NCBI GenBank assembly: GCA_963780185.1
Contig: CAWABA010000005.1
Location: 32,001 to 96,000 of the forward strand
DNA from: Candidatus Bathyarchaeota archaeon
Lineage (GTDB): Archaea; Thermoproteota; Bathyarchaeia; Bathyarchaeales; Bathycorpusculaceae
DNA length: 64,000 nt
Reading direction: 5' to 3'
The position numbers and the translations under genes are program-made. Numbering within the stretch: position 1 is the stretch's first letter; every line of letters begins with the position of its first letter. The notes under the pieces were generated by a model. The model did not search any database. It was not told where the DNA came from and was given only the letters and a program-made list of their open reading frames with translations. Of this stretch, positions 31,572 through 41,954 are shown one piece after another.

Positions 31572-32977
31572 GCAGCCGCATCAGAAGAACCATGGCTTAT
31601 CTCAGTCATAGTCAACTGCCGCTTAAGCGTTCTCACCAGATTCAGCAGGTTTCTGCTTAACTCAACCGGGTAAACAGATGCATCCCTCAAAGCCTTGTAC
31701 TCCTCAGGAAGCTTAGACAGGTTCACGGCTGCGGTTGCTCGAATTTGCTCAAGCGACGGAAGAGCATAGGTTAATTTGCCTTTTTCCATCATTTTAACCA
31801 GCAAAGGTTCAGCTTCGACTTTTTCGTTTGCCAAAGCAATTGTGTCTTTCTCGAAGTTGCCGTCGGCGTCTCTGAAGCGGTAAACTTGTTTTCTGCCTGG
31901 AAGCGTAATTTTGTCCTTGCTTAGCTTCATTATCGGCGAAAACGAGCCGTCTGCCCTCATGGTTTCACAAAGCTTGTAAATCACGTCTAGGTAGGGTCTG
32001 TCTGCTGAAGTGCCCATTTTTGTTCCGACGCCGAAGGAATCAATCCGTGCGCCCTCCTTGAGCAGTTCTTCTATTCTGAATTCATCCAAATCGCCGCTGG
32101 CAAAGATTTTCACGTCTTTTAAACCTTGGGCGTCAAGGAACTTTCGGATTTTCTTGCTATCTTTGGTTAAGTCGCCGCTGTCCAAGCGGACTCCGCCAAG
32201 CCTGTAGCCTTTTGCTTCAAGTTCTTTGGCTACGACGGCGGCTTTTTCTGCGCCTGAGATGTCATCGTAGGTGTCTACGAGAAGCGTTGACTTGTTTGGG
32301 AAAGTTTTGGTGAAGGCTCGAAACGCATCAATTTCCTTTGCGTATGACATGATGAATGAATGCGCCATGGTTCCGAAAACTGGAATGCCGTAGACCTGCC
32401 CTGCTAAAACGTTGCTTGTTCCTTGGCAACCTGCGATGTAGCTGCTCCGAGCCACTTTCATCCCAGCGTCAACGCCCTGCTCTCTTCTCAGCCCAAACTC
32501 GATTATCGGTTTGCCTTCGGCGGCATGCACTACCCGCGAGGCTTTGGTAGCTATCATGGTTTGTAGGTTGACTGTGTTTAGAAGGAAAGTTTCAACCAGC
32601 TGCGCCTCAATTATCGGGGCAGTAACTCGAATTAGAGGTTCGTTGGGGAAAGCCAGTGAGCCTTCTGGCATAGCCCACACTTCACCTGTAAACCTGAAGC
32701 CGCGCAGGTAATCCAGAAAATCCGCGTTGAAATCCTGCGTTTCAAGATAATCCAAGTGTTCTTTGTTGAACCTGATGTTTTGTAGGTACTGGAGACACTG
32801 CTCTAAACCTGTGAAGAGGAAATAGGAGCGGTTTTCGGGTAGCCGCCTGATGAATAGGTCGAAGGTGGCTGGCTCAAAGTTTTTGTTGTCAAAATAGCTT
32901 GCGCACATGGTTAACTCGTAAAAATCCGTGAACAAGCTCATGTTTTCCTCTTTTTGAAAGTTAAGAAAAGAGTTCAT
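31568..32977 (-). CDS. pncB: Nicotinate phosphoribosyltransferase
   Basis: LFTDFYELTM, EFGLRR, GTMAHS, LVDTYD, VRLDSGD, FGVGT. Confidence 0.95.
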   Translation of the reverse strand: MNSFLNFQKEENMSLFTDFYELTMCASYFDNKNFEPATFDLFIRRLPENRSYFLFTGLEQCLQYLQNIRFNKEHLDYLETQDFNADFLDYLRGFRFTGEVWAMPEGSLAFPNEPLIRVTAPIIEAQLVETFLLNTVNLQTMIATKASRVVHAAEGKPIIEFGLRREQGVDAGMKVARSSYIAGCQGTSNVLAGQVYGIPVFGTMAHSFIMSYAKEIDAFRAFTKTFPNKSTLLVDTYDDISGAEKAAVVAKELEAKGYRLGGVRLDSGDLTKDSKKIRKFLDAQGLKDVKIFASGDLDEFRIEELLKEGARIDSFGVGTKMGTSADRPYLDVIYKLCETMRADGSFSPIMKLSKDKITLPGRKQVYRFRDADGNFEKDTIALANEKVEAEPLLVKMMEKGKLTYALPSLEQIRATAAVNLSKLPEEYKALRDASVYPVELSRNLLNLVRTLKRQLTMTEISHGSSDAAA

Positions 32978-33130
32978 GCGTAAAGTAAGAAAGGGCTTGT
33001 GATTTAATTCTTTCTAAGCCACCCCATCTTTAGGAGAGCTGCCTCATCAGACGTTTCTGCGCTTGCACTGTTGGTGTTCTAACAAGTAGATTTAATAGCC
33101 TTTCAGGCAATGAACCCAATGTGATATCCT

Positions 33131-36001
33131 ATGCCGATGGTGTACCCGCTTAAAAGAGTCCTCCGCAACTGGAAACTCTTCACAGCACTCTTAATCGGTA
33201 TAGCGCTCGCATCCACGTTTTTCGCCTGCATAGACGTGAAGGCTAATTCCTCTGCTACGCAAACGTTGAACCAGCAACTCAAGAACATTAATGTAGACAT
33301 GCAGTTTAGCGCGAACCTCAATTTAACCGAAGTCAGCCAAACGCAGGGAAACATTTCAAGCATCAAAGGAGTCAGCAGCGTAGACGTCGTTTACAGGTTC
33401 AATTATCCAGTGAAAGACATGCAAACTAACTTCACTGACTATCCCCAGATAGCTTGCCTGCCCGATTCCTCCTCGATTCTTAACTATTGGACAAACAAGC
33501 CAGCTTACATCGGCGCAAACCAAACCTACGTTCTTGCCGGCACTCTGTTAGCATCCAAAGTTCACATTGGCGATAACATAACCACTGAACTTATGTTCCC
33601 GACACCTAATCAGGGGAACTGGACTACAATTTACCTCAATTTCACAGTTGCTGGCTTTGCGGATTTGACTCAAACGGGCTATCAACTTATTTCAGGAAAC
33701 ACATACATAACTTCTCCATATTCTCCCCCAACCTCCGTGCAGACCTACGAGTACCCTTCAGATTTGATGCTGTTCGGTTGGAACAGTACTCTTCTGCATT
33801 TTTGGTCAGGAATGGCCAACAGGACGGTTTCCACAAATTTTCTGATAAATATTAATCATGCCAAAATTATTAGCCCTTGGGACATCTCGGGCTCAATCAA
33901 TAATGTAAACGTAATCGCTAGTGACATACAAAATAAAGTACTTTCAAATTATCAAACAAACGCATATTTACAAAACAACCTTAATTACGCATTAGACAAC
34001 TTCAACACCAACTTCGGAAATACCCTCACCCAGTTTATTTTGTTCTCTATTCCTGTTATCTTCATTTCTTGGTATCTTGGCTCCACGGTTTCCGATGTTT
34101 CCTTCAACATGAGAAGACGCGAAATCGGGTTACTATCAACCAGAGGCCTCTCAAGCGGCCAAATCCAAAGGATGTTTCTCGGGGAAGCCATAACAATCGG
34201 CGTGGTCGGCGGCGCAGTCGGAGTTATCGGCGGTTTAGCCTTAAACCAAGTATTCAACGGCGGATTCAACCCGAATACGCTGTTTAACCCACAATCATTC
34301 AGCCCCTACACCATGGTTTTCACAGTTATCTTCGGCATGATTCTTGCTTTGCTATCTGTCTATCCTTCCGCGCGGAGAGCTTCCAAAATGCCAACTGTTG
34401 AGGCTCTCAGGGAATACTCGCCCAGTTGGGCTTTCCGAAGGTCCCTAAAAATACCCGCTTTGCTCGCGCTGATTCTTGGCTCTTACGCTCTAATCGTTGT
34501 CTTTTTCGGAAGCAGCGTCTCTTCATCATTGTCAAATGCAAGCTCCTCAGGGGAATACTTCGAGTCGCTTCTAATACAAGGCGTGATGATACTTAACGGA
34601 ATATTAACTTACGTTGGACCTTTGCTGTTCTTCTGGGGCTTAACAAAGCTCCTAATCCAAAACTCGGATGTCTTCCAAAAGTCTCTCTCCAAGATTTCGC
34701 GAGTCATGGGCGACTTCGGCGCCTTAGCAGCGAAAAACGTACGCAGAAGCCCAGCCCGCATCGCCGCCATAGCCTTCATAATTGCCTTAATCATCGGCTA
34801 CGGAGTTCAAGTAAATGGGCAAATTGCAAGCCAACAAAGCTATCTGGTTAGGCAGGTTAAGTACCAAGTCGGCGGCGACATTTCTATCGGTGTGGTGAAC
34901 GACACTAAAGCGACCCAGGTTCTGTCCGAAATCTTAGGCAACGTTTCAGGGATACAAAGTTCAACTATGCAATGTCAGCTCTCCCAAAATTACGCTGGCA
35001 CCACAATAAGAACAATCGATCCATCCAGCTGGCTTAAAACCGCCTATTACGAGAACGGCTGGTTCTCAGGTGCCAGCATGCAGCAAGCATTCACCGCGAT
35101 GGAAAACAACAACATGACCATCATTCTTGAACAGCGTGTTGCAGAGGAGTACAACCTCAAGGTAGGTGATACCATCGCAATAGATTTCACCTCGGGCGCC
35201 AGAACGCTTACCATCGTCGGCTTGTTTGGACCCAAAGTGTCAACCAATGAAATACAACCAATAACATATGGTGGAGCTGCAACCGGACAGGGAATGATAA
35301 TCACAGATTTATCCCCCTATCTGACCACCTGGTCATATGTGCCAAGAAACCTCTTCAACATGAGCAGCTCTTTTAGCGATGCCTACAAGGACGAAAACTT
35401 TGACACGACCATAATACTAAAGTTAGATCCTGGTGTTAACGGAACCGCAGTCGCAAACAAAATCAGAAACCTCGGTCTTGAAATTGAAGGGGTAACATCG
35501 TTCTCTGAGCAGTGGCAACAGATTCAGCAAGGGAGCAGCCAAACCGTGACAACCGAAAACGGTCTAAACCCAATTTACACAACTCAGGTTCTCGACTTCC
35601 AAAGCTTAGGAATCGCCTTCGCTATACTTTCAGCCTCTGTTGGTATGGTTCTCATAGCCATCGTGAGCTTAAGCGAAAGAAGCCGTGAAGCCACAATAAT
35701 GAGCGTGAGAGGCTTGTCGTATAGGCAGCTGGTTTGGATGTTTCTGGCTGAAAACTTGGCGGTGATAACTTTTGCGGTGCTTCTCGGGATAGGTGTTGGT
35801 TTAGTGATTGATTATGGCAACATAAACTCAGCTAACTCGGGAATAACCCAGCTTGTTGTTCCACACTTTGTTTATTCAACAGGCGCCATAGAAACATTGG
35901 TTTGGTATGTGGGTTTGATTTATGCTTCAACGGTTGGGGCAATATTGGTTATGTCAAGACGGTACGTGACTAAGCTGGAACGGATGGTTAGAATGAAATG
36001 A
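33131..36001 (+). CDS. FtsX/MacB-like ABC transporter permease (duplicated)
   Basis: Two RRREIG/RSREAT..RG motifs each followed by TM bundles; large extracellular domains. Confidence 0.9.
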   Translation: MPMVYPLKRVLRNWKLFTALLIGIALASTFFACIDVKANSSATQTLNQQLKNINVDMQFSANLNLTEVSQTQGNISSIKGVSSVDVVYRFNYPVKDMQTNFTDYPQIACLPDSSSILNYWTNKPAYIGANQTYVLAGTLLASKVHIGDNITTELMFPTPNQGNWTTIYLNFTVAGFADLTQTGYQLISGNTYITSPYSPPTSVQTYEYPSDLMLFGWNSTLLHFWSGMANRTVSTNFLININHAKIISPWDISGSINNVNVIASDIQNKVLSNYQTNAYLQNNLNYALDNFNTNFGNTLTQFILFSIPVIFISWYLGSTVSDVSFNMRRREIGLLSTRGLSSGQIQRMFLGEAITIGVVGGAVGVIGGLALNQVFNGGFNPNTLFNPQSFSPYTMVFTVIFGMILALLSVYPSARRASKMPTVEALREYSPSWAFRRSLKIPALLALILGSYALIVVFFGSSVSSSLSNASSSGEYFESLLIQGVMILNGILTYVGPLLFFWGLTKLLIQNSDVFQKSLSKISRVMGDFGALAAKNVRRSPARIAAIAFIIALIIGYGVQVNGQIASQQSYLVRQVKYQVGGDISIGVVNDTKATQVLSEILGNVSGIQSSTMQCQLSQNYAGTTIRTIDPSSWLKTAYYENGWFSGASMQQAFTAMENNNMTIILEQRVAEEYNLKVGDTIAIDFTSGARTLTIVGLFGPKVSTNEIQPITYGGAATGQGMIITDLSPYLTTWSYVPRNLFNMSSSFSDAYKDENFDTTIILKLDPGVNGTAVANKIRNLGLEIEGVTSFSEQWQQIQQGSSQTVTTENGLNPIYTTQVLDFQSLGIAFAILSASVGMVLIAIVSLSERSREATIMSVRGLSYRQLVWMFLAENLAVITFAVLLGIGVGLVIDYGNINSANSGITQLVVPHFVYSTGAIETLVWYVGLIYASTVGAILVMSRRYVTKLERMVRMK

Positions 36002-36897
36002 GCGGCGGATTAGACATCAAAATAAGAAACCTCGTAAAAGTCCATCAGACAGGCAAAATCGAAGTCCAAGCCCTACGTGGACTAAACCTCGACATCTCGT
36101 CAGGGGAACTAGTTTCCATCATAGGTCCAAGCGGAAGCGGAAAAACCACGCTGCTAAACATCATCGGCGGCTTAGACAAAGCCACAGCAGGCACAGTTCA
36201 AGTCGGGAACAGCACCGTCACCGCCCTATCCGTCAGCCAACTTGTCGATTACCGAAGAAAAATAGTGGGGCACATTTTCCAAAACCTCAACTTAATCCCA
36301 ACTTTGTCCGCGAAGGAAAACGTAGAGTTTTCAATGATTGCGTCGGGTTCTCCGCGTACAAAAAGGAAGGAACGGGTGCAGGAGCTGCTTGGCACAGTGG
36401 GGTTGCTGGACAGGGCAGACCATAAGCCTGAAGAGTTAAGCGGCGGCGAGCAGCAAAGAATAGCGATTGCGGCTGCATTGGCAAACAATGCGCCGATCCT
36501 TTTGGCGGATGAGCCGACGGGAGAGTTGGATACGCAGAACGCAAGAATTGTGGTTGAGTATCTCGTTAAGATTAACCGTGAACTGGGCAAAACTATTCTG
36601 ATGGTTACTCATGACCCGAGCGTTGCGAGGGCTTCTAGCCGAATCCTTCGAATTGAAGACGGCTTGATAAAAACGGCGTTAGCGCCCTCAGAGGTCATCG
36701 TTAACGAGAAAGCGCACTCGTATGTGGACCAGCTTAAGGCGAGAATCGTCGAGATAAACACGGAACTAGACCAGTTAGACAGCGACTTCAAAACGGATAA
36801 AATCAGCGGCGATGACTATGTGCAAAAAAGGCAAACCCTAAAGAACGTAAAGGACAGCCTCAAGGAAGAACTCTCAAGGATGGGCGTCATCCCGTAA
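35998..36897 (+). CDS. ABC transporter ATP-binding protein (LolD/MacB-type) with C-terminal helical extension
   Basis: GPSGSGKT, LSGGEQQR, LADEPTGELD, VTHD. Confidence 0.93.
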   Translation: MSGGLDIKIRNLVKVHQTGKIEVQALRGLNLDISSGELVSIIGPSGSGKTTLLNIIGGLDKATAGTVQVGNSTVTALSVSQLVDYRRKIVGHIFQNLNLIPTLSAKENVEFSMIASGSPRTKRKERVQELLGTVGLLDRADHKPEELSGGEQQRIAIAAALANNAPILLADEPTGELDTQNARIVVEYLVKINRELGKTILMVTHDPSVARASSRILRIEDGLIKTALAPSEVIVNEKAHSYVDQLKARIVEINTELDQLDSDFKTDKISGDDYVQKRQTLKNVKDSLKEELSRMGVIP

Positions 36898-36913
36898 CTG
36901 CATCGGGCTGCGC

Positions 36914-37005
36914 GTTGTTGATGATGATGATGAAGATGATGACACTAGCGTTTCCACGCAAGCCTCAACGTATAAGGTAACTTAACATTGGGTTGTTGAT
37001 GATGA
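36914..37005. repeat. (GAT)n microsatellite and duplicated GTTGTTGATGATGA
   Basis: GTTGTT(GAT)4GAA(GAT)2 at 36914-36940; the same 14-mer recurs at 36992-37005. Confidence 0.6.
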
Positions 37006-37062
37006 GCATTTTCCTTCTTTTCCAAATTCTTAACCTGTAGCTACCCATCCTACATAATCAAT

Positions 37063-37911
37063 CTACAAGCCGAGAACTAAGTATATCACGCCGCTAGCAA
37101 TCGCTATTGCTCCAAGCGCCGCCGTCAAGTAAGTGATTTTTTGTTTCCCAGCAAATTTGATTAGAAAATCGATGAGAAACAGGCTGATTATGAATGACGT
37201 GATGATTGCTACAACTAAGCCAGTTACCCCTATCCCGGCTATAGACGCAGAAACATTTGATTTGCTGGCGACCAAGGTTAACCCGAAAGCTCCCAAGGCA
37301 GCGAAAATTCCAGCGGTGAAGGACAACCTGAACGCCTCGTCGGGTTCAATGCCTAGAAGAAGCATGGCGCTGGTTGTGATGCCTGACCTGCTAACGCCAG
37401 GCAACGCAGAAATGCCTTGCGTTATTCCTATTACAATGTAGTCTTTTATGCTGAGGTTTTCCAGTTTCCGTGGCGCTAACCCATTTGTCTGTCTTTTCTT
37501 TGAGTACCTTATGAGCACCGCGTCCCCGATGAGGACTAAGCCTATTATCAGCATGGGGATACCTACCGCTATTCCCTTTATTGAATCGGCGATGAGATAC
37601 AGTGGAGCGGCAATCACGGCGGTAATTACTGTGACGATGAGAACGTAAAAGAAAAGTTTGCGTTTCATGGCATCTTTCGAGCCCGCCAAAACCTGCACAA
37701 GCTTAACCACGTCTTTTCTGAAGTAAATTACGGCGGCGGCCAACGTGCCTATCTCCATGAACAAGCCGAAAGTGTATGCTTGATCAAAAGTCAACTTGAG
37801 AAGAAACTGTGACGAGACAATTATCTGTGTTTTGCTGCTTACCGGAAGCCACTCTGAAACGCCCTGAATTATGCCTATTATTACCGAGTAGATTAGCTGG
37901 ATAAGAGTCAT
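37063..37911 (-). CDS. uppP: Undecaprenyl/polyprenyl-diphosphate phosphatase (BacA family)
   Basis: GIIQGVSEWLPVSS and PGVSRSGIT motifs; multi-TM. Confidence 0.92.
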   Translation of the reverse strand: MTLIQLIYSVIIGIIQGVSEWLPVSSKTQIIVSSQFLLKLTFDQAYTFGLFMEIGTLAAAVIYFRKDVVKLVQVLAGSKDAMKRKLFFYVLIVTVITAVIAAPLYLIADSIKGIAVGIPMLIIGLVLIGDAVLIRYSKKRQTNGLAPRKLENLSIKDYIVIGITQGISALPGVSRSGITTSAMLLLGIEPDEAFRLSFTAGIFAALGAFGLTLVASKSNVSASIAGIGVTGLVVAIITSFIISLFLIDFLIKFAGKQKITYLTAALGAIAIASGVIYLVLGL

Positions 37912-38322
37912 AGGTGTTCAGCTTAGAAATTGAGAATGGGTGCTCGCTTGCATAAAAGTTTTGAGGTTAAACAACGCCGTCAACGGTTTTCAGATTCGAC
38001 GTTTCCGTCTTCACTTCAACATCCAATCCTTCTTGAATCTGTCTTTTTCGCGGCGTTTAATGGCGAGAAAGCCATTTCCGCGGTTATTTAACATGCAGAA
38101 GCAACCATTTCATATTGAAAGTTGCCAAATCAAATCCATGTTAAACCATGTTGAATCCTATTTGGATCCTAATTGAGGCATCTAGTAGACCGGGCGGTAG
38201 ATGTTGCATTCAAACACAAACAGGGCGCGGTGCTTTTTTGCGTCTATTTAGCTCTTCTAGAGGTCCCTATTTGGTTCATCTAGAAAACCGTAGGGTAGGC
38301 GGGACGAAAAAAGAAAAAACTG

Positions 38323-39528
38323 TCAGAGCATTGATAGTACTCCGTAGACTCCGATTAGTCCTCCTACAACCACTATTAGCGAGGCTATCCAGAAGGCGAC
38401 CTTCTCGAATTTCTTGTATTGGTTCCCATTCATCACTTCTTTTTTGGTCACCAATCTGCCGAGGAAATACAGCGAGGGTATGAGCACCAGCGGAAATATG
38501 AACATCATGTTAAGCATCAACTGGATATAACCGCTTACAACCGCCACAATTAGCAATGCGGGAACAGCTTCCAAAGCGTATATTTCGAGAAAGTTGATTC
38601 TTGATTTGGGTCCAGATGCACGCCCAGTTGCTTCTAAAACACCCCAAGCTGAGCCCAGCGAAACCACCACGAGGGCTAAGAAGCCTGCGAAAATGAATCC
38701 TACGCCCATTATGGGTTTAGCGTAAACGCCGAAGACGGGCAAAGCTTTGGTTAATTCGCTGACGTTGATTAGTTTATCTCCGCTGAACACGTTTAGCCCA
38801 ACCACAACAAGTATGATCATGAGGATTTCGGAAACTACGGCACCGATTAAAGTTTCCAAACGTTCGTTTTTGAGGTCTTTAACCTGTTTGTGTCTTCGAG
38901 AATCGGCTCCTGAATGGAAATACAGCATCCATGGCATGATGACTGCGCCTACGCTGGCTGCAAGCAAATAAGCGAACGATGGGTCCCCATACGGTTGCAG
39001 AGGCGAAAGTCCCAGAGAAACAAACGACCCGAAGTTGACGTGGAAGACAAAGGTCGAACTGATAATTGCAATCATGAGCAGGAAGCTTACAGGTATGAGC
39101 ACTTTTTCTGCCTGATGATACTGGCGCCCAAAAATGATCATCGTGTGAATCCCAAACACTATGATAAGCCCCAAGATTACTGGGAAGCCAATTAGGCTAA
39201 AACCGATTGCCATACCCGCGTACTGAGCAATGTACTCCAGAAAATCGGCTAAGCCCATCGGGATCGCTGCCATTATGGCGGCTTTTTTGCCAAAGTTGTT
39301 TCTTATTTGTTCTCCTAGTCCTTTGCCTGAGGCGATTCCTAGGCGTCCCGCGGCGTCCTGTATTATGAAGAGGGGGAAAATGAGGATGATGAGTATGAAT
39401 ATCATTCTGTAGCCCCAGGCTGCGCCTGCTTGGAGCCCGGTGACGATGGAGGCGACATCTACGTCTGCTATCATTACAATCCATGCTGGTCCGAAGTTCT
39501 TGAGCCAGTCGCTTACCTTTTGATTCAC
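38323..39528 (-). CDS. NRAMP-family divalent metal transporter
   Basis: GPAWIVMIADVDVAS..QAGAAWGY, GAVIMPWMLYFHS; about 11 TM. The canonical MntH DPGN motif is absent (NRAMP-related subgroup). Confidence 0.87.
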   Translation of the reverse strand: MNQKVSDWLKNFGPAWIVMIADVDVASIVTGLQAGAAWGYRMIFILIILIFPLFIIQDAAGRLGIASGKGLGEQIRNNFGKKAAIMAAIPMGLADFLEYIAQYAGMAIGFSLIGFPVILGLIIVFGIHTMIIFGRQYHQAEKVLIPVSFLLMIAIISSTFVFHVNFGSFVSLGLSPLQPYGDPSFAYLLAASVGAVIMPWMLYFHSGADSRRHKQVKDLKNERLETLIGAVVSEILMIILVVVGLNVFSGDKLINVSELTKALPVFGVYAKPIMGVGFIFAGFLALVVVSLGSAWGVLEATGRASGPKSRINFLEIYALEAVPALLIVAVVSGYIQLMLNMMFIFPLVLIPSLYFLGRLVTKKEVMNGNQYKKFEKVAFWIASLIVVVGGLIGVYGVLSML

Positions 39529-39541
39529 TCTCTCGCCTCAC

Positions 39542-39592
39542 TTAGGTGTACCTAAGTCGCGCACTAGAATATTAATATTTAGGCATGCCTAA
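39542..39592. promoter_or_regulatory. Two DtxR/MntR-type operator palindromes (TTAGGTGTACCTAA; TTAGGCATGCCTAA)
   Basis: At 39542-39555 and 39579-39592, flanking an AT-rich AATATTAATATT core between the divergent NRAMP and DtxR genes. Confidence 0.8.
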
Positions 39593-39642
39593 GTCGCTAG
39601 CTCCAACAGAACACCCAGAAAATAGACAAAGTCAAAACTTAT

Positions 39643-40089
39643 ATGACAAACAACAATACTCTACTATTGACGCAAATGGGCATCTCTGAAAGCGTAGAAG
39701 AATATTTAGAAACACTCTGGAAGTCAGAAGAACACGGAGAAAAAATCACGCACCTGACTTGGATAGCTGACCATCTGGGCATAGCGGCACCAAGTGCGTT
39801 GGAAATGCTCAAAAAACTCGAAAAAGAAGGACTCGTAAATTACAAGATACGAAAAGGCATCGAGCTAACCGCTAAGGGGCGAAAAATAGCTAGAAGAATT
39901 GTTCGGGCTCACAGGTTAACTGAAGTTTTGATGAAGGAAACTTTGAAGACTGATGTTCGGGAAGAAACGGTTTGCGGCATGGAGCACCATATGGATGAAA
40001 AGTTCATGGATGCCCTCTGCACGCTGCTGAATCATCCGACGACGTGCCCGCATGGGCGTCCAATTCCCAAAGGCAAATGCTGCCCATGA
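39643..40089 (+). CDS. DtxR/MntR-family metal-dependent transcriptional regulator
   Basis: EEYLE, wHTH, HRLTE, MEH, CPHGRPIP; no FeoA domain. Confidence 0.93.
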   Translation: MTNNNTLLLTQMGISESVEEYLETLWKSEEHGEKITHLTWIADHLGIAAPSALEMLKKLEKEGLVNYKIRKGIELTAKGRKIARRIVRAHRLTEVLMKETLKTDVREETVCGMEHHMDEKFMDALCTLLNHPTTCPHGRPIPKGKCCP

Positions 40090-40146
40090 CAGGCTCTTGT
40101 CTGCTTGACTGGTGGCTTCGTTATTTTAGGTGTCGGTGCTTCCATC

Positions 40147-40911
40147 TCAGCTGGTTACTTTCTTGAACTGGTAGAGCGTGGCTGCGAACGTAACAATCGC
40201 TATCAACCCGATTATGGCGTAAGCAGAGGCAAACGTTCCCCAAGTTAGCCCTCCCCGTATCAAATCCCTTGTAACGTTGGAAGCATAACTCAACGGGTTA
40301 TATTTGGAGACTGTCTGCGCCCACGCTGGCATAATGGATGTTGGGAAAAGAGCGCTGCTAATGAATAGAAGCGGAAAAGCCAAAAGATTGCCGACTGCAG
40401 ATACGGTTTCCCCCTTTCTTGTCTTCAACCCGATGGAAAGCAAGAGTCCCAACCAGGCTAAATCAAAAAAGGCAAGAGTCACAAAAATAAGCAGAAGCCC
40501 AGGGACGCCCGTTGCGATGCTTAAGCCAAGCAACAATGCTACCCCAATTATTATGCCTGACTGAATCATCATCACGAGCAAGTCGCTCATCAAACGGCCA
40601 AGCAAGATTGCTGCTCTGCTCGCAGGAGTAAGTAGCATTTTTTGAAGAAAACCCGAGTTTATGTCATTGACAATCGACATGCCTGACAGAAACGAGCCCG
40701 TTACGGCATTCAATATTAGGATTCCTGGAGTAAGGTACGTAAGATAACTGCCGGAAGTTCCAGGCAGAGTGGTAAGCTTCTGGAGTAACTGGGAAAAGAG
40801 AAGCAGAAACAGCAACGGCGTGAACAGGTTGACAAACAGCAGAGTTGGGTTCCGCACTATTTTCGTTAAGGCTCTGTTGAAAATGGATTGGGTGTCATAA
40901 AACAGCGTCAT
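40147..40911 (-). CDS. ABC-2 type transporter permease (DrrB-like)
   Basis: YLTPGIL, DINSGFLQKMLLTP, FISSALFP, NPLSYA. Confidence 0.9.
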   Translation of the reverse strand: MTLFYDTQSIFNRALTKIVRNPTLLFVNLFTPLLFLLLFSQLLQKLTTLPGTSGSYLTYLTPGILILNAVTGSFLSGMSIVNDINSGFLQKMLLTPASRAAILLGRLMSDLLVMMIQSGIIIGVALLLGLSIATGVPGLLLIFVTLAFFDLAWLGLLLSIGLKTRKGETVSAVGNLLAFPLLFISSALFPTSIMPAWAQTVSKYNPLSYASNVTRDLIRGGLTWGTFASAYAIIGLIAIVTFAATLYQFKKVTS

Positions 40912-41929
40912 CTGTCATCGCCTCACATGAGAAATGGCTCCGTGGTTTTGCGGACCACTCTTCTGGCCTTATTCTTCGTCCAGTGTGATGCAGAAAAACG
41001 TCATCCAAAGTAGGGGAAGACATGTTCAAGGACGATGGCCGCAAGTTGTTTCGGTCCAGCGACGCAATCACATCAGCTATAACCTCATTGGCGCTCTTCG
41101 CGTGGATGACAATACCGCCGTCTGAATCAGCAACACCTGCTACTCCTTGGATTCCTTGCAAAACCCTTTTTGTTTCGGACCTTAATTGAGCGTCCTGCGG
41201 GTTCTTGAGCGAAAGCGTTATTGTGTCGTGCCCTATCGCTTGTTTGAGTTCCGCTGGGGAACCACCCGTAACAATGTTGCCGTGGTCAATGATGGAGAGT
41301 TGCCGACAGAGTCTATCAGCCTCCTCCAAGTACTGAGTGGTCAAAAATATTGTGATGCCCTCTTCCCTGTTTAGTTCATCCAAGTAATCCCATATCGACG
41401 CCCGAGACTGAGGATCAAGACCTGTTGTCGGCTCGTCGAGGAAAAGCAATTTTGGCTTATGGATCAAGGCAGAGGCGAGGTCAAGCCTTTTTTTCATACC
41501 TCCAGAATACATCCCAGCCTGCTTGTTCGCGAACTCCTCTAACTGCACCATTTTGAGCAACTCTTCTACGCGGCCCTCGAGAGCCTTTCCGTGCATCTGC
41601 TCAAGCCGCCCTTGAAGCCGAAGGTTCTCTTTACCTGTCAGATCCACATCCACAGTTGTTTCTTGGGTTAGGACGCCGATGATTTTACGAATTTCCTTCG
41701 GGGATTTGTCTAAATCGTAACCAGCAACGGATACTTTTCCTGTAGTTTTTTTGAGAAGCGTGGTTAGGATTTTGATGGTTGTGCTCTTTCCCGCGCCATT
41801 GGGTCCTATGAACCCGAAAAACTCTCCCTCTTGTACCTTGAAAGAGATTCCGTTAAGTGCTTTTGTGCCGTCAGAATATACTTCTACAAGGTTTTCGACC
41901 GAGATTATGTCTGGCTTTTGATTTTTCAT
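40895..41929 (-). CDS. ABC-2 type transporter ATP-binding protein (DrrA-like)
   Basis: [48 protein letters not shown]. Confidence 0.93.
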   Translation of the reverse strand: MKNQKPDIISVENLVEVYSDGTKALNGISFKVQEGEFFGFIGPNGAGKSTTIKILTTLLKKTTGKVSVAGYDLDKSPKEIRKIIGVLTQETTVDVDLTGKENLRLQGRLEQMHGKALEGRVEELLKMVQLEEFANKQAGMYSGGMKKRLDLASALIHKPKLLFLDEPTTGLDPQSRASIWDYLDELNREEGITIFLTTQYLEEADRLCRQLSIIDHGNIVTGGSPAELKQAIGHDTITLSLKNPQDAQLRSETKRVLQGIQGVAGVADSDGGIVIHAKSANEVIADVIASLDRNNLRPSSLNMSSPTLDDVFLHHTGRRIRPEEWSAKPRSHFSCEAMTDDAVL

Positions 41930-41954
41930 TTTTCGTGCCTTCTTTTTGGGCTGT

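Noticed and set aside
33005-33065. Hammerhead-like CTGATGA...GAAA on the minus strand upstream of pncB
   Set aside because: The intervening stem II pairs poorly and I could not build stems I and III or a cleavage triplet.
38148-38320. Possible ncRNA between uppP and the NRAMP gene (short hairpins CATCTA/TAGATG and TTCTAGA/TCTAGAA)
   Set aside because: The stems are only 6-7 bp and resemble no RNA family I recognise; compatible with chance.
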